This document shows positions 43,060-54,063 of a DNA stretch of 64,000 nucleotides, one piece after another. The stretch's first letter is position 1, and the number at the start of each line of letters is the position of its first letter. Source of the stretch: an uncultured Candidatus Cloacimonadota bacterium (lineage in GTDB: Bacteria > Cloacimonadota > Cloacimonadia > Cloacimonadales > TCS61); the NCBI GenBank assembly GCA_964457455.1, contig CAYWJN010000001.1, positions 5,648 to 69,647 on the forward strand, in the 5' to 3' direction. Position numbers and translations under genes: made by a program. The notes beneath the pieces were generated by a model, which worked only from the letters and a program-made list of their open reading frames with translations, was not told the DNA's origin and did not search any database.

Positions 43060-43701
43060 ATGGAATATAATGATGTCCTAAAGAAATATCAACCTTTAAT
43101 TAATTCAACTGTCAATAGATTTTCTGGGAGCACAATACCTAAAAACCTGTTAAGATTGCAGGCGGAAATATTAGTCGGAGAAGCTCTCAATACTTTTGAT
43201 CCCCAAAAAGGTCCATTGGCTAACCATGTGAGCAATTATATGAAATCGATGAATAGGTTTGTGAATGAAGCGAGTCCTATATATATTCCTGAAGAAAGAT
43301 CGCAGAAATTTGGCAAATTCACATCCGAGGTGGCTACCTTTGAGGAGAAGGTCGGACGAAAGCCAACCTACGAGGAAATGGCTGACAGATTAAAGATGGG
43401 TATTGGCGACATAAAAAGATTATCAGAGGAAACTGGCAGAAAATTAACATCAGATATCTCTTTTGCAGACAATATCACAATGGCTTTTGATCCCACATTC
43501 AATGAAAAAAACTTCTTGGATATGGTTTATAATAAACTTGAGAATTCTGACGAAAAGAAAATATTGGCACTAACTTATGGGATACACGGATATCCAAGAT
43601 TGTCAACTAATGAGCAGATTGCTCAACGGGTAGGGGTGTCAGAATCTACAATAAGGCGGAAAAAAGATAACATTATTACAGTAATGAGGAAATTGAAATA
43701 A
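43060..43701 (+). CDS. sigma-70 family (group 4-like) sigma factor
   Basis: Track ORF is 43030-43701. ATG 43060 follows AAGGAG. The region 2-like block reads YQPLINSTVNRF...LLRLQAEILVGEALNTFDP. The C-terminal HTH reads NEQIAQRVGVSESTIRRKKDNIITVMRKL. Confidence 0.65.
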   Translation: MEYNDVLKKYQPLINSTVNRFSGSTIPKNLLRLQAEILVGEALNTFDPQKGPLANHVSNYMKSMNRFVNEASPIYIPEERSQKFGKFTSEVATFEEKVGRKPTYEEMADRLKMGIGDIKRLSEETGRKLTSDISFADNITMAFDPTFNEKNFLDMVYNKLENSDEKKILALTYGIHGYPRLSTNEQIAQRVGVSESTIRRKKDNIITVMRKLK

Positions 43702-43702
43702 A

Positions 43703-45652
43703 ATGCAGAACTGCCCACTATCAGAGGCTATTAATCTTAAACACGCTATAGACCTATCAAAGCAGATAGAAAAATCTGGGATAGTAAGTCTTGGATTGGG
43801 GATTCTTGGGCTATGGCTAGGCCCAATCATTGGCGAGATAATGAATACGATAGAGAATCTCGGCGATATTGGGGATGCATTTGTAAAGGCAATTAATGAT
43901 ATTGTCGGATCAATAAGTCCATTGTCGTGGGCATTATATATTGCACAATATCAAGCAAATTTAGTGCGTGAATCATGCACATGGGAGATAACTCTACTGA
44001 ATTTGATTAAGTCGCGCGTGAGATTAATTGAAAATAAATCCAAAATGTCGGAGGGACCATATAAGAAACTTGAAGAAATATGTAATCATATCAGACCACA
44101 GATAAAAGCCGCTATCAACAATATGATATTATCCTCAAACAGCAGTATAATCCTGGGGAATTTAAAATCAGCCAAAAAAAAAGCCCAAGCTCTCAAGGAT
44201 ATTCTCTCATTAGAATCTACGGGGATAAGCTCCAAAGTTTTAGAGATTATTAAAGAAGTGATAGTACAAAGACTTGAACAGGAAGTTTTGGGAGAGGGAT
44301 TAAACCTCGAAGAATACCAAAAACAGAGAAAAAAGCCAATAAAAACCGCATTAACCGATATTGATATAAAAAAATTTATGTCCGATAATCTTTCCTCGCT
44401 GTTAGATGCGTCTGGTAATTATCTTATAAGAGAGTTTATTGGTATCCTGAGAGCATATTTTGAGATATTGAGATATTATTCGGGAAGGGATATGGTGATA
44501 TATGCCGATAAGATTGCAGAACAAGTACGATTAATGATTAATGATCAGGAACCGGTCACAGCACCATCTATATCATCAATGGTAGATATAAAAAAAATGC
44601 TTAAGGATATGGGTGAATCTGCAGTAGCACCATTCTTTACCTTTGATAATGACCCGAATATTCTTGAGTGGGTAGATGGACTGAATGGTAGTTGTAGAGA
44701 CTTAACGGTGTTTGGTGCCCAATCGCAAGTATTGTCTGGAGTTGAAATTCTTCAGCAGTTAAACAAATTGATGCCCGACTATACTGATCAAGAAACGATA
44801 GGAAAGCATGAAAAAGAGAGGGCAGATATTATTTCTAATATAAAGAATAAATCTAATGCCATAAAAAACCTTATCCCGGATAAATGTACTATCCGGAATA
44901 TGCGGGATCGTATCCAAGCATGGAAAAAATATTATGACATTTACAGAAAATTGCGATATGTTGATAATATTGTGGCTGACGATTTGGAGAAAATAGAAGG
45001 ACAAAGAGATTATGCCGAAAAATTATCAAGGGCTGTTAGTATCCTGAATAATATTGAATGGGGTGGTGACGAACCTAACTTTACTATCAATTTTATTCTT
45101 GGATTGGGGCTTCATATTGTTAAGGACATGCTGTTGGGGCAACCATCCTATGATTATTACTATCAACTTATTGATGATAGAATAGCATATTTAACATCGA
45201 TAAAAACGGGCATAAAGGATTTGACGGGATATTCCGATCCTCATATCGATGGGCTTATTGGCTCTTTGCGGGAACTGGGCTTAATGCCCCTGCTTAATAA
45301 GATTATGCAGGCTGAAATTTTTTTGAATAAAATAAGTGTGGGGAATGCTATAATATTTGGTGGTGGAATAGGGATGATTATAGCAAAATGCATTATTCCC
45401 CCGTTTGGCAACCCAAAAATATCAAAGGATCTATTAAGGTCTATACAAAAAACAGCCAGTAAAATTATCAAGAGGTTAGAAGAAACATTTGATAAGACAG
45501 TAAATCAAGCGATAGACTCGGCGATGAACATTGTTGGATTAGGATCAGACTTAGTAAGAGAAGTAGCGGACATTAAAATCAAAATGGATGAGGGCGAAAG
45601 ACAGTTGAATAGAATTACCGGAGTGTCTCGAATGATGTCGGAGGTTACATGA
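43703..45652 (+). CDS. large structural protein with N-terminal hydrophobic segment
   Basis: 649-aa ORF. Starts MQNCPLSEAI and contains GIVSLGLGILGLWLGPIIG. Confidence 0.55.
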   Translation: MQNCPLSEAINLKHAIDLSKQIEKSGIVSLGLGILGLWLGPIIGEIMNTIENLGDIGDAFVKAINDIVGSISPLSWALYIAQYQANLVRESCTWEITLLNLIKSRVRLIENKSKMSEGPYKKLEEICNHIRPQIKAAINNMILSSNSSIILGNLKSAKKKAQALKDILSLESTGISSKVLEIIKEVIVQRLEQEVLGEGLNLEEYQKQRKKPIKTALTDIDIKKFMSDNLSSLLDASGNYLIREFIGILRAYFEILRYYSGRDMVIYADKIAEQVRLMINDQEPVTAPSISSMVDIKKMLKDMGESAVAPFFTFDNDPNILEWVDGLNGSCRDLTVFGAQSQVLSGVEILQQLNKLMPDYTDQETIGKHEKERADIISNIKNKSNAIKNLIPDKCTIRNMRDRIQAWKKYYDIYRKLRYVDNIVADDLEKIEGQRDYAEKLSRAVSILNNIEWGGDEPNFTINFILGLGLHIVKDMLLGQPSYDYYYQLIDDRIAYLTSIKTGIKDLTGYSDPHIDGLIGSLRELGLMPLLNKIMQAEIFLNKISVGNAIIFGGGIGMIIAKCIIPPFGNPKISKDLLRSIQKTASKIIKRLEETFDKTVNQAIDSAMNIVGLGSDLVREVADIKIKMDEGERQLNRITGVSRMMSEVT

Positions 45653-46044
45653 TTGACTTAAAAATATTAGACAATATAGGTTCTCAGGATTCCGAAACAT
45701 GTTTTGATATAATAAACAATGGTCCCCGGGCAACCGGTAAAGTCTCTGTGTCACAGAGGTTTTGTAGATTATTATATGGAAGTGATTGTGGGGGCTTATT
45801 AGATGCCTATAAAACCATAAAGTTATCAAATAAAAATGTTGGGTTAATGCATAATACCATTATATCAGCGTTGAGTAAAACCTCAGAGAAAATGCTTAAG
45901 TTACAAGAAAATGAAGAACTCCTGGCAACTGAGACATTTGTAAGGGCAAAGTTAAAAAATCTTGACATAATTATCACCAATGGTCAGGTGAATATGAGTA
46001 TTGAGTTGGTCACCCTCGATGGTGTCCAACAATTAGAATTATAG
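45649..46044 (+). CDS. baseplate wedge protein, gp25/W-like (tentative)
   Basis: 131 aa, immediately upstream of a J-like ORF. The C-terminal pattern NGQVNMSIELVTLDG fits my recollection of the family. Confidence 0.4.
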   Translation: MIDLKILDNIGSQDSETCFDIINNGPRATGKVSVSQRFCRLLYGSDCGGLLDAYKTIKLSNKNVGLMHNTIISALSKTSEKMLKLQENEELLATETFVRAKLKNLDIIITNGQVNMSIELVTLDGVQQLEL

Positions 46045-46052
46045 GAGACATA

Positions 46053-47768
46053 ATGGATATTGTTGAATTTATAAGAGAGACATTTGCAGAGGATGAAACT
46101 TTAAAAAATTATGATATCCGAGAAGGCAGCAATATTTATGAGCTGTTGATAGTACCTCTCGTATATATTTTAACTACCAAGATGTCGCTCGATGTGATTG
46201 ACACAGAAAAAGATGCTCTAAATTTATCCAATTATTCAAACATGACGGTTGATCAGATAAAGCGATTAGCCTCTAATTTTCTAGTCACAGAGGGAAAATC
46301 TAATGAAACAACGGGCATGATCACATTATATTTTACGGAACCAATTTCTTGGGAAATAGCCGCGGGGAATAAACTATATTCTGGAAATAAGGAATTTGAA
46401 TTTACTGATAATGTTATTTTGTCCACGAATGCCAATGTCTATACCGTGATTGACGGTTATTTCACTATTGGGAATATTCGAGTAAAAAATACTAGAGGGG
46501 AGAGCATTGCAGAAAATACACTGGGACAAGTAGATGATGCTCCGGCAGAATTGGTTAAAATCGTCCACGAAGCAATGACCAGCGGAACATCCGATTATAC
46601 TGTATCTGAATATTATAATTTAATAAGAAATTCTATAAATTCGCGAAATATGATGTCAAAATCAGGGATTGAACTATCCATTAGAGAGAATTTCCGAGGA
46701 CTTAGAAATATAGATATTGTTGGTGCTGGGGACAACGAGATGGTAAGGGATCTTCTCTATAATACCATAATAGCCAATGGCGAATATAATAGAACCAGTA
46801 ATTTTGTGGGTAAACTCAAAGGTAACATAGCAGCCGTGCCCAATAAAGCATTTTATCTCTTTAGACAGTCTGGTGAATTGTCCAATGCAATAGAATCTGC
46901 AGATGGAGAAGAATTTAATCAGTATCAATATAATAAAATATCTTTCGAGGATACTGATCTTATAGAAATCAGCACCGACAATATATTGAACGAGACTTTT
47001 ACCCAATCATCTGAAGTTATCGGGGAAATTGAGAATGTCCTCAATGATATTGGCTTAACTGACACGATTATACACATGAATAGTTATTCAGGATTCGAAG
47101 AAGGTAATACAATAAACATTATTGACCCTACAGAAGCAGAATCTACCCGGGTAAACATTATTAAATCAATCACCTCGGCTTCTCATACAGGAGTAGAAAC
47201 AGATAAAGATAATGAATATATTATTATCCCGGGTGACCAAACTGCTAAAATGAAAGCGGGAATGAAATTGACTTTATCCGATGCGGGTGCAGACGATGGA
47301 GAACATACTGTTATATCCGTTGGTTATGACGAGGGTGAAGACGAGACAACTATCACCGTTGCATCGATTACAGAGGACAATACTGGATGTTCCGTAACAT
47401 ATACATACATTGAAGTTTATAATAACATCAACGGAACATATTTGGCCGCAAATGGATGTTATATTGAGAATGTTATAGGTGAGGGTTTTAATATAGGTAA
47501 TGGATGGATAAAAAGCGAGCACGGGTTATCCGTGGGAAGTTATCTGGACAAAAAAGAAGTGATGGTCGTGGACGGGGAATTAGTGTTAGGGACGATAAGT
47601 TCCGCCTATAGTGGCAATATCGTAGCGGAAATGATCATACGGGCTGGTGTGCAGAAATTTATTCAGGCAGTTAGGGATTCCAGCCAAATAGTTTTCACGA
47701 GACCGCGAGGAAATAATAATGAAGTTGTCGTCAATGATGGTGATAGTGTCTATATACAAGGAGAATAA
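46053..47768 (+). CDS. baseplate J-like protein
   Basis: 571 aa. The N-terminal region (EGSNIYELLIVPLVYILT...QIKRLASNFLVTEGKSNETTGMITLYF) resembles the Baseplate_J pattern. Synteny is consistent. Confidence 0.5.
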   Translation: MDIVEFIRETFAEDETLKNYDIREGSNIYELLIVPLVYILTTKMSLDVIDTEKDALNLSNYSNMTVDQIKRLASNFLVTEGKSNETTGMITLYFTEPISWEIAAGNKLYSGNKEFEFTDNVILSTNANVYTVIDGYFTIGNIRVKNTRGESIAENTLGQVDDAPAELVKIVHEAMTSGTSDYTVSEYYNLIRNSINSRNMMSKSGIELSIRENFRGLRNIDIVGAGDNEMVRDLLYNTIIANGEYNRTSNFVGKLKGNIAAVPNKAFYLFRQSGELSNAIESADGEEFNQYQYNKISFEDTDLIEISTDNILNETFTQSSEVIGEIENVLNDIGLTDTIIHMNSYSGFEEGNTINIIDPTEAESTRVNIIKSITSASHTGVETDKDNEYIIIPGDQTAKMKAGMKLTLSDAGADDGEHTVISVGYDEGEDETTITVASITEDNTGCSVTYTYIEVYNNINGTYLAANGCYIENVIGEGFNIGNGWIKSEHGLSVGSYLDKKEVMVVDGELVLGTISSAYSGNIVAEMIIRAGVQKFIQAVRDSSQIVFTRPRGNNNEVVVNDGDSVYIQGE

Positions 47769-47771
47769 TTT

Positions 47772-49718
47772 ATGGCACAATTCGTAGAAGATGTGGTAAA
47801 TCAGAGTTTACCAGTATCCCCAACGGGGGATACTCCGTCTGCTGTTAATCCAACTACCAATATCGCTCTCCGTTTTGATGTTTCAAAGTTCTTGGAAGAA
47901 TATAGCAGCGGAGATGATATTCCTGTTGAAACTTATAACCCAATATGTCAGAAAAAGTTGAGTTCAGAATTGCAGAAAAATATTGAGATAACGGGGAAGT
48001 TTAGAACCGATTATGATCCTGTTGAAAGCGGGAGCCATGGCGGATATAGTTATATTACTGTGAGAAAACCATCTTCCGGGAAGGCAGATGCCATTAGCGG
48101 ATACGGAATAGTATGGAGACCTTCATCCTACGATGCAGAAAGTCTTGAATTAACGGGAACAGTCTCTGGAACAACAATAACACTAAATCCTGGGGACGGA
48201 GTACACCTGGGTACCAACACAGTAGCATTTATATCTAATGTTATTGGGAATAAAATCTATTATGTTCCGTTTGAGTTTACCCGAGACACAGATATTTTGA
48301 CAGATTGTGTGTTTCCGGAAAATATCACACCATCAGGAGAAGTAACCATACTCGTTTGTGAACCCAATATCTTCATTGTTGATAATGATCTGGTGAATGC
48401 TGATATGTATGTCAATAAAGTGATGGAATTCCCCGGTAATACATTAGCATACATAGTGTCTGGAATAACCAAGATTGAAAAAAATACTGATTATTATTTC
48501 AAAATGCAAATAAGCGAAGATAATGCGATCGATTTCTATTTGGAAGAAACAGAAGAAGCCCTTGAGGAAGCAACGGCAAAAATAAGTTGTGGGGCGAGAA
48601 CTCCCTTATCAGAATATCTTGCCACCTCTAATATGGATGCCTTCGGAATATCAACGGTTGATACGGCTGGGTATAAATGGTATTATGATAACATTCAGAT
48701 AAGAAGATTGGCGGGAGAATATGCTGTCAACTATTTTGAATTCGATATCAGCACCTTGGCGGACATGATCCAACTCTACATCAAAGGATATGGTTCCGGA
48801 TATGGGGGAGATGGATTAAAAATGTATGTATGGGATCCATCTCAAGAAGTATGGGAACAAATAGCAGAAAATACATTTTCTGTCTCGGGATTAACTATTT
48901 CGAACGATATTGATACAGAGTATTATGCGACAGATAATACTATTAAAATAAAAGTACAAACATCCTATCCCTCGGGATTAACAACAGAGGCGGCAATTTC
49001 TCTGGATTATATAGATGTTCGGAGTTCATACAATAGTGGGGTCAATATAGGTGGATGTGTGGACGTTTATATTGATGATGAATATCTCAAAAGCGATACG
49101 GTGGATGTGGAACCGGATTTATCTGACTACATTAACGTGATAGATTTTAGCAATAGAGTGCCAGTATGGATTGATAAAATAATTATCAAAGATAGTAGTC
49201 CAGAGATTGAATTGACGGAGGGGATTGACTATATATGGGAACACAATGACAATAATTATGAAAGATCTGTACGGGGACAGAGTATTATAAAATTTAATCC
49301 CGCAATCTCAAGTGAGGTGAGAATAACTTATTATTATAGTTCCCTGGTTAAAAATGTGCAAAATTGGGTCAATGAGCCACATATTCATTATAAGGGGCAG
49401 GATATTTTGGTCAGGCATAAAAATATTCATCTATTGTCCATTGTTGCTACAACTGGCGATAACACTATTTTGTCCACCATAAAAGGCCATATTGAGGATT
49501 ATGTTAATACCTTAACATCAAAGGATGGGGAGGTATCCCTAACATATGAAGGAATTAAAGAATATTTATATCTACAGGGGGTAAGAGAACTATCCTATTT
49601 GGTCGTTACCGATAATTATAGGGAAAACGGCGTGAAGACAAAAGAAATTATCAATGTTCCCGGAGATGTAATAACTATTAATAAAACGGCTATATTTAGA
49701 TTAGAAGGTAGAATATAA
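47772..49718 (+). CDS. baseplate or tail fibre-associated protein
   Basis: 648-aa ORF after the J-like gene. Contains copy 2 of the 30-nt repeat. Confidence 0.5.
   Translation: MAQFVEDVVNQSLPVSPTGDTPSAVNPTTNIALRFDVSKFLEEYSSGDDIPVETYNPICQKKLSSELQKNIEITGKFRTDYDPVESGSHGGYSYITVRKPSSGKADAISGYGIVWRPSSYDAESLELTGTVSGTTITLNPGDGVHLGTNTVAFISNVIGNKIYYVPFEFTRDTDILTDCVFPENITPSGEVTILVCEPNIFIVDNDLVNADMYVNKVMEFPGNTLAYIVSGITKIEKNTDYYFKMQISEDNAIDFYLEETEEALEEATAKISCGARTPLSEYLATSNMDAFGISTVDTAGYKWYYDNIQIRRLAGEYAVNYFEFDISTLADMIQLYIKGYGSGYGGDGLKMYVWDPSQEVWEQIAENTFSVSGLTISNDIDTEYYATDNTIKIKVQTSYPSGLTTEAAISLDYIDVRSSYNSGVNIGGCVDVYIDDEYLKSDTVDVEPDLSDYINVIDFSNRVPVWIDKIIIKDSSPEIELTEGIDYIWEHNDNNYERSVRGQSIIKFNPAISSEVRITYYYSSLVKNVQNWVNEPHIHYKGQDILVRHKNIHLLSIVATTGDNTILSTIKGHIEDYVNTLTSKDGEVSLTYEGIKEYLYLQGVRELSYLVVTDNYRENGVKTKEIINVPGDVITINKTAIFRLEGRI
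48879..48908 (+). repeat. 30-nt exact direct repeat, copy 2
   Basis: Identical to 31336-31365. Confidence 0.9.
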
Positions 49719-49833
49719 TCACGAATGGCAAAAAAAGAAAAGAAGAAAGAGCCAGTAAAGAAAAAGCAAAAAGGGGTACCAAGTTCTGCCCCTATTCATC
49801 ATAAACCGTCTATAGTAATGAAAAGGAGCGAAA

Positions 49834-50229
49834 ATGGAGCAAATAATTAAACAATTTAGTATGGAGATAGTAATGTTTTTCTTTCTATCTCTCTGTGTAT
49901 ATGCTGTGGTAAATATATTATCCAGTATGATCAAAGCATTTCCGGACGAATGGGGAAAAATCTTTAAAGATGGATTTCCCAAAGAAATCCAGCGATGGTT
50001 GAACGCTGGTTTTGCTTATTTGTTCTCCTGGACGCTAAAATTTACCGTAGTCTCAAAGATATTTGCCGCCTATAACGGCAACGGAGCAACTATTTCCGAA
50101 CATGTTAATTATTTGATTGTGGCCGCCCTAGTATTCATGGGTGCCCAGAATATTTATCGCTGGATAACAAGCAGAAAAGAAATTATGGAAGGAAAAGCAA
50201 AGGCCTCAAATGGTATTAAACAGTCTTAA
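49834..50229 (+). CDS. three-TM membrane protein embedded in the tail module
   Basis: Hydrophobic segments are VMFFFLSLCVYAVVNILSSMI, GFAYLFSWTLKF and LIVAALVFMGA. Confidence 0.55.
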   Translation: MEQIIKQFSMEIVMFFFLSLCVYAVVNILSSMIKAFPDEWGKIFKDGFPKEIQRWLNAGFAYLFSWTLKFTVVSKIFAAYNGNGATISEHVNYLIVAALVFMGAQNIYRWITSRKEIMEGKAKASNGIKQS

Positions 50230-53200
50230 CGAAGCAAGATCCCTGTGGCAGGTGGTTAGTGATTATTATATTCTTTTAAAAAACAAAAGACCTATCACAA
50301 AGATTTGGCAGGGAATGATTGAATTAGTTAGAGAATTGAAGAATAAAGAAGATGCTGTGGCTCTTATGTTTCCAGATTCTGCTCTGGAATTTAGAAAGCG
50401 TTATTGGGAAAAGTTTTCAAATCTTTATGGGATAAAAACTGAGCATACAACAGAGCCTCTGGCAGTTACAGAGGTTATCCCGGCCTATTGGGGAGATGCA
50501 TCGATTATTAATAATGGCTATTGGTATAGTGTTGATTGTGTACAAACAGGGAATGCAATTATAGTCAGAGTGGATCTTTCAACAATGGCTGTAACTACCA
50601 AAAGTATAGACGATGATGTTGATTTCCATGTGGGAGGTTTTTTAAATTGTATTGTAATTAAAGATGGTTATTTGTGGATAGCAGATTATTGTGATCCGGC
50701 GCAGACGAATCCTGACCCATTCCAACCGCATTTATATAAGATAGATTTAGACACCCTGGAAGTTGTTGAAACATGGGAGGTATTCGCATCAAGTGATGCT
50801 ATTGGATCAAACCACGGAACAAGTTCTGGATGCGCTGATGATGAATATATATATCTTGGGGGATATGAAACAGGGGATATAATAAAATTTAAGATATCTG
50901 ACGGCACAATATTCAGCGAGAATATAGATGGAGCGAACTATTTCGATGATAGCAACACAAATATTCGCTGTATAATAGAAGATGGAGATTATTTATACGC
51001 TTATAGTAACACATTAAAAGAAATGTATAAAATATTGAAGTCCGATTTGTCTCTTGATCAAAGAACGGCAGATCCTTCCACCTCAATAAATGGAGATAAT
51101 ATAGTCCAGGATGAATACTATGTCTATACTATAGATGAATCAGGCACTCCCGTGGGCATAAACCGATGGAAAAAACAGGATTTATCTGTGGAACACATCC
51201 ATAATCTTGGAGAAGGTACCTATGGGAGCGATCTAATTATAAACAATAATCTGATTATCTTGCCTAGAGTTGTAGCAGATGGAGAAGACCAATATACAAT
51301 CAAACTGGTTAACCTGAAAACATTTGAGATGATTCCCCGGATAATAACAGTTGCTGTCGGCACTGGGTACAAATGTTGGAATATTATGATAGACCCAGAT
51401 GCTCCTGAATATATTTATCTGTATCGACAGTTGTCAAGTGGATCAGAGGCTGTGTTGGAACGATATTCCACAATGTCTTTACTTTATGGAGATTGCACAT
51501 CATATCTGCTGAATGAAGATGTTTTTGGCATTGAGAATATGCAAAATAAGATAAATACCGCGACGGCGTTAATTGAAGAGGGAACAAATTATGAAATAAT
51601 TGATCAATATTTACCGTTTATATCCGGAGTTGTAAGAAACGACCATTTAGGAGATAATAGGAAAGTCTTAATCCAAACAGCATCTCAATTATCAGCAGAT
51701 GGGGATTTAGATGATTATTGGGCACAGGAAATTTATATCAAGAACGATATTGCAGAAAATTTTGTGACCGGGCTATTGGATGTTTCTCTCGGAGATTATC
51801 ATTATGATATAAAAATAAGTTTATTGAGGATGATTTGGACAATAGTTCGAACCGGTCCAACAGAAGATAATCTAAATTTCTTTATTCATGCCATGGCTGG
51901 GATACCTTTCGCGAAATATCCCGGAATGGTAAAAATAATTGAAACAGACTATCCTAGCGACATCCTTCCCAGATATAGGTTATATTATTCAGTACCCGTT
52001 TATGCGGTAAAAGATAATGAAAGAATATATATAGCGGATAAAAAAGTTAAATATAACGGCCAGGCGGTAACTTCTAATGTTATTATCGGGATTGGCGAAA
52101 ACGCCTCTGTTAATGATATTGTAATCATAGATGGTAATGTCTACCAAGTAATAGAGAAAGATGGTGATAATGCTGTTCTTGATGCTACAATAACAGATGG
52201 AACATATGACATAGTGGTCTATACTTTATTAGATCGTTCAATCTATAAGAATTGTGTTTTATTCGATAGAGTGAATAAAAAAATAATAGAACTATCTTTA
52301 GATAATGAGATTCCAGAAGGTGAAGTCTTAATGGTTCATCAGCGCAATGTAAATTATGATGATAATGGATATCCATATATTGCAACCGAATCAGAAACGC
52401 TGGAGAAATATATAGAATTTCCGGACAATGTCAAGGATGGAGACAGAATACCAAGGTTTAAAAATTTGCAAAAAGCATTCGAAATATCAGGATGGTTAGA
52501 CAATTACATAGATAATGATGTTGCGGGATACGGGGAGGCATTAAGACCTAGTTATGTTAAAGCAATTTACAGCGAAGAAGTTGATAAAATATATAGTCCC
52601 ACAGAGAGCAATACTGGAGATAATACCAAGGTAAATTTGGACAGTGTTGACAACCTCGCGGACGGTGAGAGTATTACCATAAAACCAAGATTATCTACTA
52701 ACTCCCATAGAATTGTAAAGGCTTATCAGGATGAAAATGGCTATTGGTGGGTAGAAGTAGAAGACATGGACTATAATTTTAGAGGTCTTGAACAGATATT
52801 AATAGTCTGGGATGAAGATACAGAAAATTGTCATTATGGAGGATATGCTATAATACTGGAGGGAAACTACGACAGGATTCTGGACAGATACGCTCTTAAG
52901 GTTGATATTGATTTATCCAATATGGTTAATTATATAATTGATGGGGAAGGGAATTATCTTGTCACAGAAAATGGTGACTTGATTATATCATTAATAGACG
53001 CATATGTATATCCTCTCGATAACAAATTATATACAAGAAAGTTAGATGGGCTGATTGGTCTAGAATGTGAAATGGACGCCGAAATATCTGTCAATATTAA
53101 TACTCTGCCGATAGTTAAAAAGGCTGCATATCTTGGTTATGGCGACAATGTAGTGAAAGTACTTCAATCAAATGCTAATGCTCACCAGAATGAAATTGTT

Positions 53201-53605
53201 TTGGCGAGTGAAATAAATATAATCAACACATATCGTTATATATTGATTTATGGAGATACAACAGAAGCGGAATTGCATAAAATAATAGGAATAGAAGGGC
53301 AAACGCTTACCCTTGCTGAAAATCTAGAACATAATTATAAAATTGCAGACAATGCAAAAATCCTGTTGTTAAAGAGTTTGTCGGTTCACAATAAAATAAC
53401 AATCGATGGATTAGTAAAGACGAATGTTGTAACTGAAGACGGATATTATATTGTGACCGATGCCGGAGAATATATGATCACGCCCATTAAAATACTACAT
53501 GGGTATGAAAATATCTTGACAAATTTTCCAAATTACCAAGAAAATATTACAAAGGTTCTAAATGTCCTGTTACCAAAAGGAGGTGGACATCTTTGGAACA
53601 TATAA
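50210..53605 (+). CDS. large tail fibre or receptor-binding protein with beta-propeller-like repeats
   Basis: 1131 aa. It shows repeated blade-like units such as DGYLWIADY..LYKIDLDTLEVV, DEYIYLGGYETGDIIKFKISDG and DGDYLYAYSN..MYKILKSDL. Confidence 0.5.
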   Translation: MVLNSLNEARSLWQVVSDYYILLKNKRPITKIWQGMIELVRELKNKEDAVALMFPDSALEFRKRYWEKFSNLYGIKTEHTTEPLAVTEVIPAYWGDASIINNGYWYSVDCVQTGNAIIVRVDLSTMAVTTKSIDDDVDFHVGGFLNCIVIKDGYLWIADYCDPAQTNPDPFQPHLYKIDLDTLEVVETWEVFASSDAIGSNHGTSSGCADDEYIYLGGYETGDIIKFKISDGTIFSENIDGANYFDDSNTNIRCIIEDGDYLYAYSNTLKEMYKILKSDLSLDQRTADPSTSINGDNIVQDEYYVYTIDESGTPVGINRWKKQDLSVEHIHNLGEGTYGSDLIINNNLIILPRVVADGEDQYTIKLVNLKTFEMIPRIITVAVGTGYKCWNIMIDPDAPEYIYLYRQLSSGSEAVLERYSTMSLLYGDCTSYLLNEDVFGIENMQNKINTATALIEEGTNYEIIDQYLPFISGVVRNDHLGDNRKVLIQTASQLSADGDLDDYWAQEIYIKNDIAENFVTGLLDVSLGDYHYDIKISLLRMIWTIVRTGPTEDNLNFFIHAMAGIPFAKYPGMVKIIETDYPSDILPRYRLYYSVPVYAVKDNERIYIADKKVKYNGQAVTSNVIIGIGENASVNDIVIIDGNVYQVIEKDGDNAVLDATITDGTYDIVVYTLLDRSIYKNCVLFDRVNKKIIELSLDNEIPEGEVLMVHQRNVNYDDNGYPYIATESETLEKYIEFPDNVKDGDRIPRFKNLQKAFEISGWLDNYIDNDVAGYGEALRPSYVKAIYSEEVDKIYSPTESNTGDNTKVNLDSVDNLADGESITIKPRLSTNSHRIVKAYQDENGYWWVEVEDMDYNFRGLEQILIVWDEDTENCHYGGYAIILEGNYDRILDRYALKVDIDLSNMVNYIIDGEGNYLVTENGDLIISLIDAYVYPLDNKLYTRKLDGLIGLECEMDAEISVNINTLPIVKKAAYLGYGDNVVKVLQSNANAHQNEIVLASEINIINTYRYILIYGDTTEAELHKIIGIEGQTLTLAENLEHNYKIADNAKILLLKSLSVHNKITIDGLVKTNVVTEDGYYIVTDAGEYMITPIKILHGYENILTNFPNYQENITKVLNVLLPKGGGHLWNI

Positions 53606-53616
53606 ATGGAGGATAA

Positions 53617-54063
53617 ATGACATTACCCATTCCGACTAAGCAGGTGTCTGAGTTAGATCCAGTAACATCAGCGGCTTTAACAGATTTGACAGCTGTTTAT
53701 CAAGATTCTACATCGAAATTAAAATATGCAACCCTTGCTATTCTGCAGAGATTGATGTTGCAGGTTCCGTTTAAAATAATTGCCGTTGCTGATAGCCCTT
53801 ACACTGTATTGAATACTGATTATATTATCGAATTAAATACCGCTGATGGAGACATCACTGTTGTCCTGGATACAGATTTACTGATAGCTGGCAAGAGGTA
53901 TTTATTTAAAAAAGTTTCAGCCAGCAATACCGCATCTATAACCACCGAAGGATCTGAGACCATTGAGGGATCAGCGTCACAAGATCTCACCAGCAATAAT
54001 GAGACTTTATATATTTATAGTGACGGGTCAAATTGGAAAATAGGGGCAGGGAGCGCGGTGTGA
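53617..54063 (+). CDS. small tail fibre-associated protein
   Basis: 148 aa with an ATGGAGG SD, sitting between fibre genes. Confidence 0.5.
   Translation: MTLPIPTKQVSELDPVTSAALTDLTAVYQDSTSKLKYATLAILQRLMLQVPFKIIAVADSPYTVLNTDYIIELNTADGDITVVLDTDLLIAGKRYLFKKVSASNTASITTEGSETIEGSASQDLTSNNETLYIYSDGSNWKIGAGSAV

Noticed and set aside
49725-49850. Lys-rich 41-aa ORF (MAKKEKKKEPVKKKQKG...) between the fibre gene and the membrane-protein gene
   Set aside because: It has only a weak SD-like GAAGG 13 nt upstream and a low-complexity A-rich sequence, and it overlaps the next gene's start. Evidence is insufficient to annotate it.
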